Position numbers and translations under genes: made by a program
Notes under the pieces: model-generated
What the model was told of the DNA's origin: nothing
What the model saw: only the letters and a program-made list of their open reading frames with translations
Database searches by the model: none
In this document: positions 14,434 to 27,634 of the stretch, piece by piece
Numbering within the stretch: the first letter of the stretch is position 1
How the letters are laid out: every line of letters starts with the position of its first letter
From: Paramecium tetraurelia
Taxonomy: Eukaryota
Reading direction: 5' to 3'
NCBI GenBank assembly: GCA_000165425.1
Contig: CT868659.1
Span: forward strand, 186,001-250,000
Length of the DNA: 64,000 bases

Positions 14434-17426
14434 TCATTATCTTAGTTACATCTTTAGCATTCTATTTTCCTCTTTAATCATATTGCAGCTAGCTTATTCT
14501 ATATTTAGCAATTGTAGATTGGTTCTTAATTGATATTGACGGAATTCAAATTCTTATTCGCATTACTATGATAATTGATCTAATATTTACATTCAAATAT
14601 TAAAAATATTATTTGACTTTTTCGCTTGTAGATCCTTCATTCAAAGTCTAAGAGTTGCAAAATCTTTTAACATTGATACTTTTGAAAAACTCATCCAATA
14701 ATTCTAATTCCTTTAAAAGCGATTGATAGTCCTTTTCTTTCTTTTCTAATTATTCTTTAAGTTGATTAGTGATATTAATGTCTTTTCTCATTTTAGTAAG
14801 ATCAACAGAATAAATTAGTTTTTCTTCATATTTTTTTTACATAATTTCCTTCTCATCTAATAATTGCTTATAACATTTTTAGAGTGTTGACAAATCAGCA
14901 TTCAACTTTTAGTTTGCCTTTTATAAGAATAATACATTATCAGATAATTTTTTTTATTTAATTTCATCCAACTCATTCTAAATATTCATTTACATTTATT
15001 AAATTGTTTATTGTAACTCATTTTTAGTATTGGACAATTCTATTTTAGCAGTACGAAGCCTTATCATATATAGATAATAATTACTTGTCAATTTCTTCTA
15101 ATGCTTTAGTTCTCTAAGTTTATTCTAAATTCAGTTCAGATTTGAGTTTACTAATCTCATTTTCTTTCATTATAAGCTTTTAATTGATAATATCAAAACT
15201 ATCTAAGAACTTACCTAATTTTTCTTTCTAATATAAAAACTCATCTTTCAATTGCATGTATCTTTAGACTGCCTCTTTATTCACTTTGTTTTTCTCTAGT
15301 TCTGACTTCAAGATCTCATTTTCTTTAGATATATTATCTAAAGATCCTTAGGTTTGATTATATAAATTCAAATAATTCTCCTTTTCTTTATTTAACTAAA
15401 TGGTCGCTTACACTTCATTATTTAGTAAGTTTTGTATATTTTCAAACTTTTGTTTTACGGCAACTTATATAGACTCATTAGTGGGAACAGTTTATTCAAG
15501 TTCCATTTGTTAATTAAGTTCTTAGAGAAAATCAAGTTATCTTAGCTCTAAATGATGATAATTTTCTTTCTCTTTTTTGAGTACTTTCAAGCACTTTAAA
15601 AACTTTTTAGATTTAACGTTGCTTAATTTTCTATATTTGATGAGTTCTTTTACCTATTCTTCAATTAAATTATCTTTATCTTTTGATTATTCCTATAAGG
15701 ATTTCAAATTCGATTGGAGATTCTCCAATTCAACTTTGATTTAATCAATTTCCAATTGTAATCTTGATATTTCATCACTCTAAAACTCAATAGTTTATGC
15801 ATCTGTATCCATTTAATCCTTATACAATTATAATTAATCGTTTAATTCTGCAATTTTATTCTCTAAGTCTTAGATTTATTGTGATTTATCTTCTTGGAAT
15901 GTATCTAATTGATTCTCATACTTTTCAATAAGTGATTATTGGTTCTCTATTTCAGCAACCAATAATTCTTTATCTTTGTGAACCTCTTTAAGTGTTTATT
16001 CTAATTAAGTAATAATTAATTATTATTCATTTCTTCTATGCTTTAAGATTGTATCTTCTTAAGACAATTCAAGTATTCTCTAATTTAAGATCTCATTTTT
16101 ATGTCTTAGTTCTTTTTGAGTTTCAATAGCTTGTTGCAATTAAATGTCCCTGTTTGAATGATCAATTTTAATTGATTCAGTATTCTTTTCATTATTCTCT
16201 TCTAATTCTACTATTCTCGACTCATAATACTCCTTCATTTACTTTAATTCTTTACTCAATTATTCTTAGAATAACTCACTTTCATTGAGTTAACTATTAA
16301 GACTGGATATCTGTGAAATCAATTCTACTTCCTTTTACTTTTTAGGGAATATCTCTGAATTGGAATTCTATTATTGAAGTTCATTTTTTAATCTCTTGAT
16401 TTCTGCCTTGAGACTTTCTACATTTCCTCCCACTTCTTCGTTAACAATTGCTTGATTTCTAATATTCTTGGCCCTCGAAGCAAATTTTAAAGTTCCCAAA
16501 GTTTCTTAAAAGGAACTACTTGCTTCAGAGATCGTTGCAATCATAACTGTTTTAGAATTCCCTCCCAAACTTTCTCTTAACAAAAACGTTAACTTACTAT
16601 CTCTGTATGGTATAAATCTCTTTGGGTTCTCAGCAAGGGAATTAATAACTAATCCTAAAACTGTTAAAGACTTATTGATGTTAGCTGCTTCTTTAAGTCT
16701 TTCACCAGTTGCAGCAGTTAATTTTTATCTTTCACTACCAGCTAAATCAACAAAATTTAATTTGCTCCTTCTGGTGTACATTCCCTTAGTTCTTTGTTCA
16801 AATTAGATTGTAAAAACAGAATGACTTCTCGAACTCTCCAGATTCATTTAAGTAGCTGAAACATGTCTATTGTTAATTCCCTTTTATAGTAAAGACAGAA
16901 CATCGTTGTAGGAACTAGCTGCAATTTCAGTGAGATTCTCAACATATACTCTCTTTGAGTCTTCTCTGATTGTGAGAGGCAATGGCTTTGTATCATTTAA
17001 TAGATCAATCAATTATTCATTATAAATTTCCAAGTAGGTACATTTGATGGTCCAAGTATTTTCTTTGGGTAAGTCGAGGAAGAGTTTTTAAATCAATCTA
17101 GGCTGTAATCCCAGATGAGTTTCATCGTTTTGTACATCATCTAATCCTTTGCCTTACATTGTGTAGGTTTTGCCTGCTCCAGTCTAGCCATAGGCAAAGA
17201 TACAGCAATTTAATCCATTCAAAAATGATTCAAGTGTAGACATTCCAATTTTATCAAAGACTTGTTCTTGTGTTGAGTTGGTTCCCAATACATGGTCATA
17301 ATTGTATTCCTTCTTACTATCTAGGATAACTGAATTATTTGAGGTCGTAACACAAGAATTGGCTCCCAAATGGGTTTCTCTATAGTTTAGCGGTCTAACT
17401 CTGACCAACACTCTTATATTTTCCAT
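14434..17426 (-). CDS. Kinesin, kinesin-12 (KIF15-like), N-terminal motor plus long coiled coil
   Basis: [64 protein letters not shown]. Confidence 0.9.
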
Positions 17427-17476
17427 TGAAAATAAATGCAATTTAAATTATTTTAACGAATTAATTTAAACTAATT

Positions 17477-19554
17477 ATGTAATAATAATACGAAGGTTTG
17501 ATAGAAGAGAACACTTAATTGAAGAAAGCCATCATTTCTTCGAAGGCTGTGATAAGTAGAAAGATTAGTAATTTAAATTTATTATAATACAAGACGAATA
17601 CGAGACTCTTCAGGCAATAAATGAGGAATTGAAATCGAATCTTGATAAGATGAGATTGGAGAACTAGGATTTACTACAGAAGTATAGGATAGCTTTGCAT
17701 GATAAAAAATAAACAGAATAGCAATTTGACAATGCAACTAAAAATTGGAAACTATTAATTGAATAAAAGCAAAGAGAAATTGAGGAGATCTAAAGTAGAT
17801 TGACACCTGCATTTGATTAAGATATGATGAGAATTAAATTGCTCAATGAATTAGATTTACCACATAGATAATAATTGGAATAAAAGTAATTAGAGATTGA
17901 AAAGTTAAATGAAATTATTTATCAATTAAAAAGAAAGATTGATTTGGAAATCTCAAGAGTAGAGACCATATAAATAGATAAGGATAAGGAAATGAAATTG
18001 CTGTCAGAAAAACACAAATTAGATTTGGCAGATCTTTAACATCAAATCTCAGATTTAACAAGATAAGTGGAAGACAACAAAGATAGAGACACAATCAGAA
18101 GATTAAGAAAAGACTTGGAAGAATATAAACTAAAATTTAGTGCTACTGATACTGAAAATGAAGAATTAAGAAATGAAAGAGATAAAATTAGAGAGGAGAA
18201 GAATGATATCATGATTAAATTTGCCAGATAGCTTGATTCAGAGAGAAATGATAAAAGACAATTTAAAAGTGATTTTGATAAATTATAAGTGAGAACTAGA
18301 TTCTTAGAGGATGAGTTTAGAAAAGAAAAATAAAGAAGAGAATAAGTTGCAACCGATTTTGAAATTTTAAAAACAGAAAAAGATTAACTGTTAACTGATT
18401 TAAGAAAAAAAGATGATACAATCCATTATCTATAAAGAAAAATTACTGATATGGAGGAGGAGCAAGTGGAGTAAGAACAGAAGGTTTAAGATAAATTAAC
18501 ACGTTTGTATTAGGATGAACATGATAAGTATTTACAAGAGAGAAATAAGGCAGTTACACTTTAAAAGGATGTTGATAACTTAAAAAAAAGATTTAGTGAT
18601 CTTTAGGATGATTATAAAGTGTTGAGGGATAGATATCAAAAAGAAAACATAGAAAATAAAGATTCAATCAGGGTATAGAATGAAGAAATTGAAAAGTTGA
18701 AGAAGACTGTATCTTAACAAACAAAAGAAATTGGAGATTTAGAAAGATCAAATAAAAATAAAGAAGAATAACTTCATGATATAGAAAATGAGAATGAAAC
18801 AATCAAAAGAAGAAATAGAGAACTTCAACATAGAATTTAGTTAATTGAAGTGAATCCTATTCCTACGCCAGTTTAAACTCAGCCTATTATGAATTAATCT
18901 TAAATTCCTACAGTTACTTAAGTTCCTTAATTTGTGTAGCAAGAACAGTTTGAGACCACTAAACCAATTAAATAATCAACTCCAGTTTAATCAGAAAATG
19001 ATCCTTAAAATTAATAATAAATGTAAGCTTAGAAATAATCTCTATAATAAATTACTGAAGAAAACAGGTCTTTAATTTCTAAAAATAAAAAATTAAATAA
19101 AAAGCTTAAGATAGCCAATGAAAAAATACTTGAACTCTCTATGAAAAATACTATCTTAGAGAAATCATTATAAAGAAAACACTCGTAACCACCTGCTTAA
19201 GATATTGATAGATCTAATTTTGGTTTGCATGCTCACTCTTAATCTCCATTTAAATAAGACTCTTTTTAATAGTAGGGAAATGAAACTGTTCAATAAAGAC
19301 AATAATAATAATAAATGATTCATACTGATACAAGATTAGATAGATATGATAAATAAGATAAGCAAGATAGATAAGAAAGATAAACCAGATAAGATAGATT
19401 CGCTTAATAGTCCTAAGAGAAATATAGACCAAGAGGTTAATCTGGAGTTGATGCTCGTGGAGCCCAAGGTCATCCAACTGAAATAAGAGATGATGAATTA
19501 TTGAGTAAGGTTATGATGCTTACAGATGCTTCTGGATAAAATATATATTGGTGA
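17477..19554 (+). CDS. Long coiled-coil protein, CEP83/CCDC41-like (basal-body transition fibre)
   Basis: Segment MMRIKLLNELDLPHRQQLEQKQLEIEKL resembles the CEP83 LRAQIQQELETPMRERF region; Q-rich low-complexity tail. Confidence 0.55.
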
Positions 19555-19637
19555 CTTTTTCTTTATTTAATGTTATATTTTAGATATGAATATGCATTGA
19601 ATATTGATAATAAAATATTTTGTATAATTTTATGATT

Positions 19638-21766
19638 TCAGGAATCTTCCCTTTCCCATTTTGAAACCACTTGCAATAGATTTTCCATTTTTTATTTTTC
19701 ATATTCATTCTAATGGCATGTTCTCGAATTCTTTAGGTACTTTGCTATCAGGGAAATTTGATGCCTTAACTCCAGCTATAATGTTGATTGTGCAATTATA
19801 CATTTTGTTAGATTAGGACTTAATTTAAGTAATGTAATTCCACCATGAGTATCACCAACTAAAATAATTGGATCTCTTTGATTAAATGCAATATTTGTCA
19901 ATCTTGGTTATTTAGAGGGTTTTTATTCTGCTAATTTTCCAATTTTATCAACATTCAAATCGTAAACAAAGATTTTATCTTAAGTGGCACAAGCGAAAAC
20001 TAAAAATAGTCAATTATTAATACCTGTAGAACTGTAAGGTGCCCACATAGCATCAACCACTTACATTCCCTATTCAAAACTCATAATTTGAGTAGAGATT
20101 TTAGAATCCCAAATTTTAACTGTCCAATCAGCAGATGCAGAAATGAAAGTTCTTGGATGGAAATTATTCCATTTAACTTTATATACTGCCAAATTATGAC
20201 CCTGATTATAGATATTATATAAATACAATGTATGTTTCTTGATATTATCCTGAATATGCTCTTGAACATTTATGTATTTTTCCTTCTTCAGTACCAACCA
20301 AGAAGATATGAGGTTCAAATTTGTTGAAATCAAAACACAAACCACAAGCTAAACCAATCAAAGTGCTTTCCTCTTCATTCTTACCAACCAATCTTAATCT
20401 AATAACTTCTTCAGGCTCTAATTTATTTTTCATCAACACCCAATTCATAACTCTACCATCTGATGAAATTGAATAGAAATTATAATTTTTAGAGATATCT
20501 GGATTCCATCTAACTTACCAAACTGGGTCTGTGTGTTTCTAAGTTCTTACTGTTGATTGATAAATTGGTTTTTTATGTTTATTTCTGATATCATAAACTA
20601 GCACTGTTCCATCATATAATCCTACAGCTAATAATGCTGGACTTTGAGGATGGAAATCTAGACACATCACACCGGCTTCACATGTAAAAGCATATTCTGG
20701 ATGAGTTGGTGTTTTTGAGAGAATATAAACAAATTAGACCCATTCTTTATTTTGAAAATTCGTAGCTACCAAAACTGACAGCAAATAGATCCATATATCT
20801 TGGATTCCAACACAATGATGTTACATGTTTCTTCTTTTGTTTTTCGTTTGAAAATTTCCAAATAGGCAATAAATGTCTAATTATGTAATAAAGCTTTACC
20901 CTTCATTTTTTGATGTCTCAACTACTTCACCTTGATTCCAATAATATTTGTAATCATTGTATTTCTCCTTCTGATCATTATGAACCACTGTTCTTTCCAT
21001 GATTTTTAGACATCTCTTGAATGATGGCTTATAAACTGTATTATCTGAAGTGTGATCCTTTTTCTTTTGACTTTCCTCCTTGGCTTTGTTTTATATATAA
21101 GCATCGAATATTTCCCATTGAGTGATTTGCCCTTTCAATGTATCACTTGGAGGAGGCTCTGTTGACACACCTCTTTCTCTAATGACTCTTCCATCAGTTT
21201 ATGCTTCTCTCGCGTTATAATTAAATTTATTTCTCATTGTTTATTTAATTGCCTCTTTGTCCTTTGATGCCCCAGGATCTTCCATTTCTTAATTTCTTTC
21301 AGCCTCTTTAATCAATGCCAATTTGGTTTCCCCATAATTCCTCCTGTATTCTGGACTCATTTGAGTCTTTGTGAATGATTTCGCCATCCATCCTGAAGTG
21401 AATAATCAATTATTCAACCAACTCGTCAGTTTTGTACTATCATAATGATGGGTAGTTACTTTTCTTTATAAATAATCATATTGAGTGATATTCTTTGGTG
21501 CTTAAGGATTGTTAGGAATCAACATTTTAGATGGCATGTCTTACATTCAGTTCTTTCTCTGTCAATTAAGGTCTTTCTCTTTCCCTCTATTAATATTTAT
21601 TTATTTCAAAACTTCATGTTGATATTCTGATTCATCACCATCTGGCTCAGCTTCTTATTGATTTAAATTCTAGTTGGCTATTTTGGGTTGTTTTTTCTAT
21701 CAATTAGAATTAATGACTTACAGGTTATGGTCTCCTAAGGGTTACTTTCTATTATTTAGGTGGCAT
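19638..21766 (-). CDS. DNAI1: Axonemal outer-arm dynein intermediate chain (IC78/IC1 type, WD40)
   Basis: MPPKQ start; [52 protein letters not shown]. Confidence 0.92.
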
Positions 21767-22002
21767 TTTAATTATTAAATCAACTTAATCAAAAAATGAT
21801 TGTATTTATAATATATTCCACACATTTAATCATTATATATTCAGAAATTGTCACTCAATCATAACACTTCATTATAATAATCTATATAATATGGAAAGAA
21901 AACCATAAGATTATAAATTAAAATAGCTGAATAAATAAAACATTAGATTAAAGACAATATTGGATTCGTAAACAGATATAAACAAAACAGTGTTTAATAC
22001 TC

Positions 22003-23276
22003 TCATTTTCTACTAATTAAATGGAATATTTATTTAAACTTTTCTTTGATCTCTTCATTTTCAATTTAATGAGCTTCTCTCTTAAAATTCTCATAGAAAT
22101 TTCTATTTATTTTGCCCTTCTCATTTAGGATCTAATTTATCCATATACTAATTTACTTTAACACTAATCAAGAACTAATTTATGAATTTCTTCTCTAACA
22201 ATTTAAGATTAATCATAGTTGACATATTTGGAATCAAGTACACAAGAACATTAATATCAATGCTTAGTTTGAGTGCCTCATATGATTCAGTTAATTATCT
22301 TGAGTATGGTCCTGACATTATTCCCTTTTTGAATAGCACACTAGTCATCATACATAAATCTTGGATATTTGCTGTTCTATAGTCTTCACAATATAATTCC
22401 ATGCACATTTCCACTAGATCATTAGTAGCAGTTGCCTATAATGCATGCAAACCAACGATCATAGATTATAAATTTAACCTTTTTTAATGAACAGCATCTT
22501 CAAAACAATTGTAAATAGATCTCATAACTTGATGTTTAGTAGGAGATTCAAGATCAGATTTGGCTAAAGTGTGAATAATTTACGCTTCAACTCTGCCAAA
22601 ATATTTGAATTCTAGTTTACTTAACAACTCATAGAGGAATTCATGCATATCATAAATTTCTAATTTTTAATAGGCAACCAAAGTTTCCATAATTATCTAT
22701 TCATCATTACAATCTGATATCTTTAATTGAATAATTGGCATTAGATTTTTCAATGTAAGTTAAGCTGCATTATACGCTATCAATTTTTCAGTTTAAAGAT
22801 CCATCTAAATATTTTTTCTTGCAACTTTAGCTATTGAATATGCGCAATTTGAAAGGGCCTTGATATTCATTTCAGCTGATTTTTTGATAAGCAGATCGCA
22901 AGCCTTACTTATAAATAACTCAGGATCCTAGGTGTAAGTGATATTTGCCATCAATGCAGGTAGGTTGTCATGGTCTTGTTCAGATATATTCTCAAGAATA
23001 TGAGATATTAAATTTTATCTTGATCTTAAAATAGCTCTATTATGTACTTTACGAACATAAGTTAGTAGATTATTGACTATTTTGGCTGATTAATTTGAAT
23101 GAATGGTCTAAAATATGCTGATTTAATACTTGAAGATGATCAAATGCTCTGAGTGATTCATCCAATGAGATATTCATCTTTTTAAAATTAGCATAAGTAG
23201 GAGCAATAGATGTGAGTTTCTATATTCTTTCAATCTATTTTGTTTGTTGACCAAAGAAAAAGAATATTTTCATCAT
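22003..23276 (-). CDS. Helical-repeat protein, possibly FASTK/HPR-like mitochondrial RNA-binding
   Basis: Open frame after removing a 22-nt intron; repeat-like segment EMNIKALSNCAYSIAKV; ends FHLISRK*. Confidence 0.5.
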
Positions 23277-23331
23277 GAATTATAATTATAATTATTTTAA
23301 TCAATAATATAATCTTAAATTATATCAGAAG

Positions 23332-23731
23332 ATGGCTAGAAATGCAGAAAAAGCTAAGGCAATGCTCACAAGATGGTACAGATTGAAAAGAGATATTCGT
23401 AATACTACAGATGGAAAGTATAAGTCTATTCCGAAAGTTAGTTAAAGGTTTCTTCCCTCGAATTGAAATCTTACATTTTATCAAATACGAACTTGATAAA
23501 AGATATGATGTGTTGAAGAGAATGGAAGAAGAGAATGTAAATTCATACATAAAATTTAGAATAACATTTTGCCATTGCTGGTTAGAATATGAATAGGATT
23601 AATTGAAATAAAGAAAACAGGAGTTGATAAGATAGTATTATGCTACTCAAAAAATTCATTCGTAAAATGTTACTACTGTAGAAAAGGATGCAGACCTAGA
23701 ATCATTTATTAGGGGAAATATGAAAAAATGA
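23332..23731 (+). pseudogene. ISY1: ISY1 splicing-factor pseudogene with internal deletion
   Basis: MARNAEKAKAMLTRW N-terminus, TGA at 23464-23466, then C-terminal-like LKQRKQELIRQYYA in another frame; conserved central domain absent. Confidence 0.75.
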
Positions 23732-23777
23732 TTAGTTTGCATTTTGATATTTATTTTCTAATATTGATGTATTTTCG

Positions 23778-24860
23778 TCATATCTCATTTAATTCTTTAA
23801 TCACTTAATTAAGGGTTTCTTAAAAACAACCTTTTATAGATATATGATAAGTTTATTTGTCTTGATTTGAATACTCCTCTTCAAAATTCTCATTTAGAAA
23901 TGATTTGAGTGCAGTCAGGTCATTTTTTTCATCTGTCATTAACGAAATTTAAATCGATGGACTAAATTATATTTGATACGAAATACAAGTCTGCTTATTT
24001 GATGTACTCAATTAATTGTCTTAGGTCTTAACAATTTTTCTGAACTAAACTTGTGATAATTATAGATGTAGGGTTTGAGGTTTTAATTTCATCAATTAGT
24101 TTATCATAAGATTTATGCAAACTTTATTTGTCAAAATAGTGGATATAATTTTATGGTTTCAATAGATCTCTATAATAAATATAATAAATAGAAAACTCCA
24201 CCGTTTCATACACATATTTCTAAATTGAATCGGAGTCAGTCAATTTTTGTTGAAAATTTAGCTCATACTAAAACAATTCAAAAGAAGAATTTTCCTTCTG
24301 ATTGATTAAAGTAATATTATTTTGCTGAATTAGTTCATTCAACCATAACAATTATGTTGTTTAGGGTTAATCGTGTATTTTCTCCGTTGGTATTAAGATC
24401 ATACTATTTTTCAGATTTAGACTATCCTTCTAAATATCATATAGTAAATTGGGTTAACCATAAAACACTTTTATTTTTGATTACTTTTTAGTGAAAGATG
24501 AAAGCTGTTTCAATCCAGAATCATTATTTTTTTCAATAGTAATAACAACAGATGGAAATTTTGATGAAATTTATTGAATTAATGAACTAAATTAAATACA
24601 CTCATTGTTTACTGTAAATGTATATTTAACGGTTTTTCAATTTATATTTAAATGGTTTTTTTAGATTTTTCAATATCGTTCTCCAATAGTCTTAATTATG
24701 TTTTTAATTAAAGTATCTTGCTTGAATCTCTACTAAAAATTTTCATTATCATTGATTTTTCTTCAAAAGAGCCTATTAATTTGTTAAATTTTTTTACTTT
24801 AACATTGACATTACTAAAGCATATCCTGTAACGTATCCTTATAATTGTTGATTATTACAT
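23778..24860 (-). CDS. Hypothetical protein (model uncertain)
   Basis: Long open segments in code 6; needs a ~19-nt and a ~31-nt intron; ends IKELNEI*. Confidence 0.45.
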
Positions 24861-24894
24861 TATAATTAAATTAATTTCTGAAATAATGAAAGTC

Positions 24895-26298
24895 AATCAC
24901 ATCTGCTTGAGGTGAAATTTATTTGATTAGGAATTATAAAAAACGATCTACTTATTGTTATTTACCTAATACGTCAATGCAATTCTAGTTGAATTTTAAT
25001 TTAACCTAATAAGTGTTTAGAAGATTATTTAACTCTTTTTCTGACAAATTTCTTAAATAATTAGTTTAGTTTATATTGTGTATATTCTAATGAATAATAT
25101 CCAGATCGTCATTAAGTTTCTTAAGAAATACTGATTATTAGAATCTTCCATTGATGATGACAAAATAGCTTAAAGCTTTTCCATCTCTGTGGGTTTTAGA
25201 TAGTTTATAAACTTCATTTTCAAGAATAATCTCAATATTCTTTCTATCCTAATTGAAATTAAAATAATATTTGGCATTATTGCATAGTTTAGCATTCCTA
25301 AAATCTAAGTAAAAATGAGTGAAATAGAATTACCAATAACCAAAATTGCAGAAAAGATTCTACATTTAACTGATTTCAATGAGTTTTCTAATTAGTCTAA
25401 AGCAAATGAACTATGTTTTGCCACTTCATAATCGTAATACTAATTTTGATTTAAAACTTCTTATATTTACATGAGTTAGATAGATTCATCATCAAGATCC
25501 TTAAATTTGAGTATTCCACATTAATAATTAAGGGCAGTATACTCCTTCATTAATATTTCTTCAGCTTTAGTGACTAGTTGATGTGGTCCATATAAATCAA
25601 TCTTAGATTTTTAAATGTATATTTATTACAATCTAATGACCTCTCCGCACTTCAACATATGTATATAAATGCTATTCAATCCATTATTTAATTATAGGAA
25701 TATAGTATTCAATAAATACATTATGCATAGCAACATCATTTTCATGTCTGACTACTTTTTTCTCAAAGACATTTTGCTATTTAAGCTGACTCTTAAATCC
25801 ATATAACGTATAAGTTCTTCTTGTATTATATTTCTTATAATCCTTTAAGGGAATATCATCTTGACTTGCATAAACTTTGATTTAATGTTGAGCATTCAAA
25901 TAATCTGCATATTGTTTAAAGTTAGTCTACGAATAGAACAACTTATTTAGAAATTAATCGACCTAATATGAGCAATCTAGATGGGTGACAATATATTCAT
26001 TTTGTATAAACCAGCTAAATTGAGTATCAAATGTTGAAGCAACAAATTCTTTGAGTTTGTATTCAAGTTCTTTGTCGTATTTGAGGATATCAGAGAATTG
26101 ATGAAGTGGTATTTTATAAAAATGGTCCAGATTTAAAAATCTGTGAGACTCTAACTTTTAAATAAGAGCATCTGTTTAAGGAGTTAATTTAACCACATTA
26201 ATTTAGATATCAACATCTTCATTGATGAGTTCTTATAGGATGTAATCGAATTTATCGTAGTGTTTCCTAATATTTGAGACTTATAGATTTAATTTCAT
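24895..26298 (-). CDS. Hypothetical protein; 3' end approximate
   Basis: Starts MKLNLQVSNIRKHYDKFDYILQELINED; long Leu/Ile/Gln-rich coding-like stretch. Confidence 0.55.
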
Positions 26299-26317
26299 AA
26301 ATAATAATATTAATAAT

Positions 26318-26741
26318 TCAAATCATGCTTACTGCAAACACACTACAAATGCAATGGAGAGTATTTTTTTATTGTTCTTGTTTTGCTTGTTTATCTTTGG
26401 GCCAGGATATGATAATTTATCCATCAGCTACAGTGTCCCACCATTATGAAGTTGTAACAAATGCTCCTGCTCCGTTTCTTTACATAATCATGCAATGAAC
26501 TATATATCTTAAACTTCTAAGCACATTCTTACTTGTATGGTTTTCCCAATTCAATTAATTATTGTGTAACTTTTTCACAAATTGCATTGATCCACCCTTG
26601 TACCTAGAGTCAACATGTAGATTTTACTTTGGATTCCTCGTATTGCACTTCTTTTAAGACACTTTCAATTGATTCTTAGGTAATACGATCCACTTCTTCT
26701 TATGAATAGGTATTCTCCTCTAGATTTTGATTTTCTTCCAT
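26318..26741 (-). CDS. DYNLT1: Tctex-1 family dynein light chain
   Basis: VQGWINAICE...LGKPYKYIVHCMIMQRNGAG...WWDTVADG...CICSVFAV; 2 introns. Confidence 0.93.
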
Positions 26742-26752
26742 TAATTTTATTA

Positions 26753-27602
26753 ATGAAACAATAACTAAATTACACGCTTTGGATTAGTTTCCTGGTTTCA
26801 ACTGTTTTGATCTACCTATTTTTCAGTTCAGGGGAGTTTAGTTTCATATTAACACTGGCTTGTGGAATACAATGCTTTGGATTTGGATTAGTATTTGTGA
26901 CAATTTCAATAACCAAAGAGACAAGTGGATTAAGTAGATAGACCTTTATTTGTTGTGCATAAGCTTTATTGGCTAGATTATTCTCAATTCTGACTTTCGA
27001 AGTACATTGATTATGCGTAATTTAGGGTTACTTGCCTTCAGATGCAACAGGTGATTATGTGTATAGATTATTCGAAATTTTGTCGCTCATCTTTTGCATC
27101 TTGACAGCATTCAGCATAAAAAATAACAAATAAGAATTGTTCCAATGGTATTATTTCACTCCTGTGATGTTGGTGACTGCCTATTATGTGCATCCAGGAT
27201 TGAATTCACATTCATTTTGCGATATCTCTTGGGTGTTTGCTTTGTATATGGAATCATTCGCAATATTGCCACAGATACACCTTTTCACAAAGAGAGGTTA
27301 GAATTCAACAATAATATAGAGGGAATAATTGAATATCACACATCTAATTTCGTAATCACTCAAGCTCTCAACAAAGTAATCTGCGTGATCTTTTGGTTTT
27401 ATTCTTATGAGGAACTCAATCGAAGTTCAGATGAGTCAACCATAAGTGTGGCTCCTTGGTTGAGTGGCTATTTTGTGATGGTGGCTCAAATGATTTCAAT
27501 TGTAATTAAATTAGTAAAAAATAGATCATCACAGCAGATTTTGTGTATAAGTATTTGCAAAGCTGGAAACAAGGCATTCCCTTGGTTATGTTACCTTCAT
27601 GA
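26753..27602 (+). CDS. ER lumen protein-retaining receptor (ERD2/KDEL receptor-like)
   Basis: Multi-TM protein; SGLSRQTF, GYLPSDATGD, LYMESFAILPQ motifs; 3 introns. Confidence 0.85.
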
Positions 27603-27634
27603 TGTAGAAAATAATAAAAAATTACAATATATTA

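Noticed and set aside
13362..17426. One giant kinesin spanning both coiled-coil regions
   Set aside because: Kinesin stops at TGA 14434-14436; an AT-rich gap and new ATG at 14331 define a separate gene
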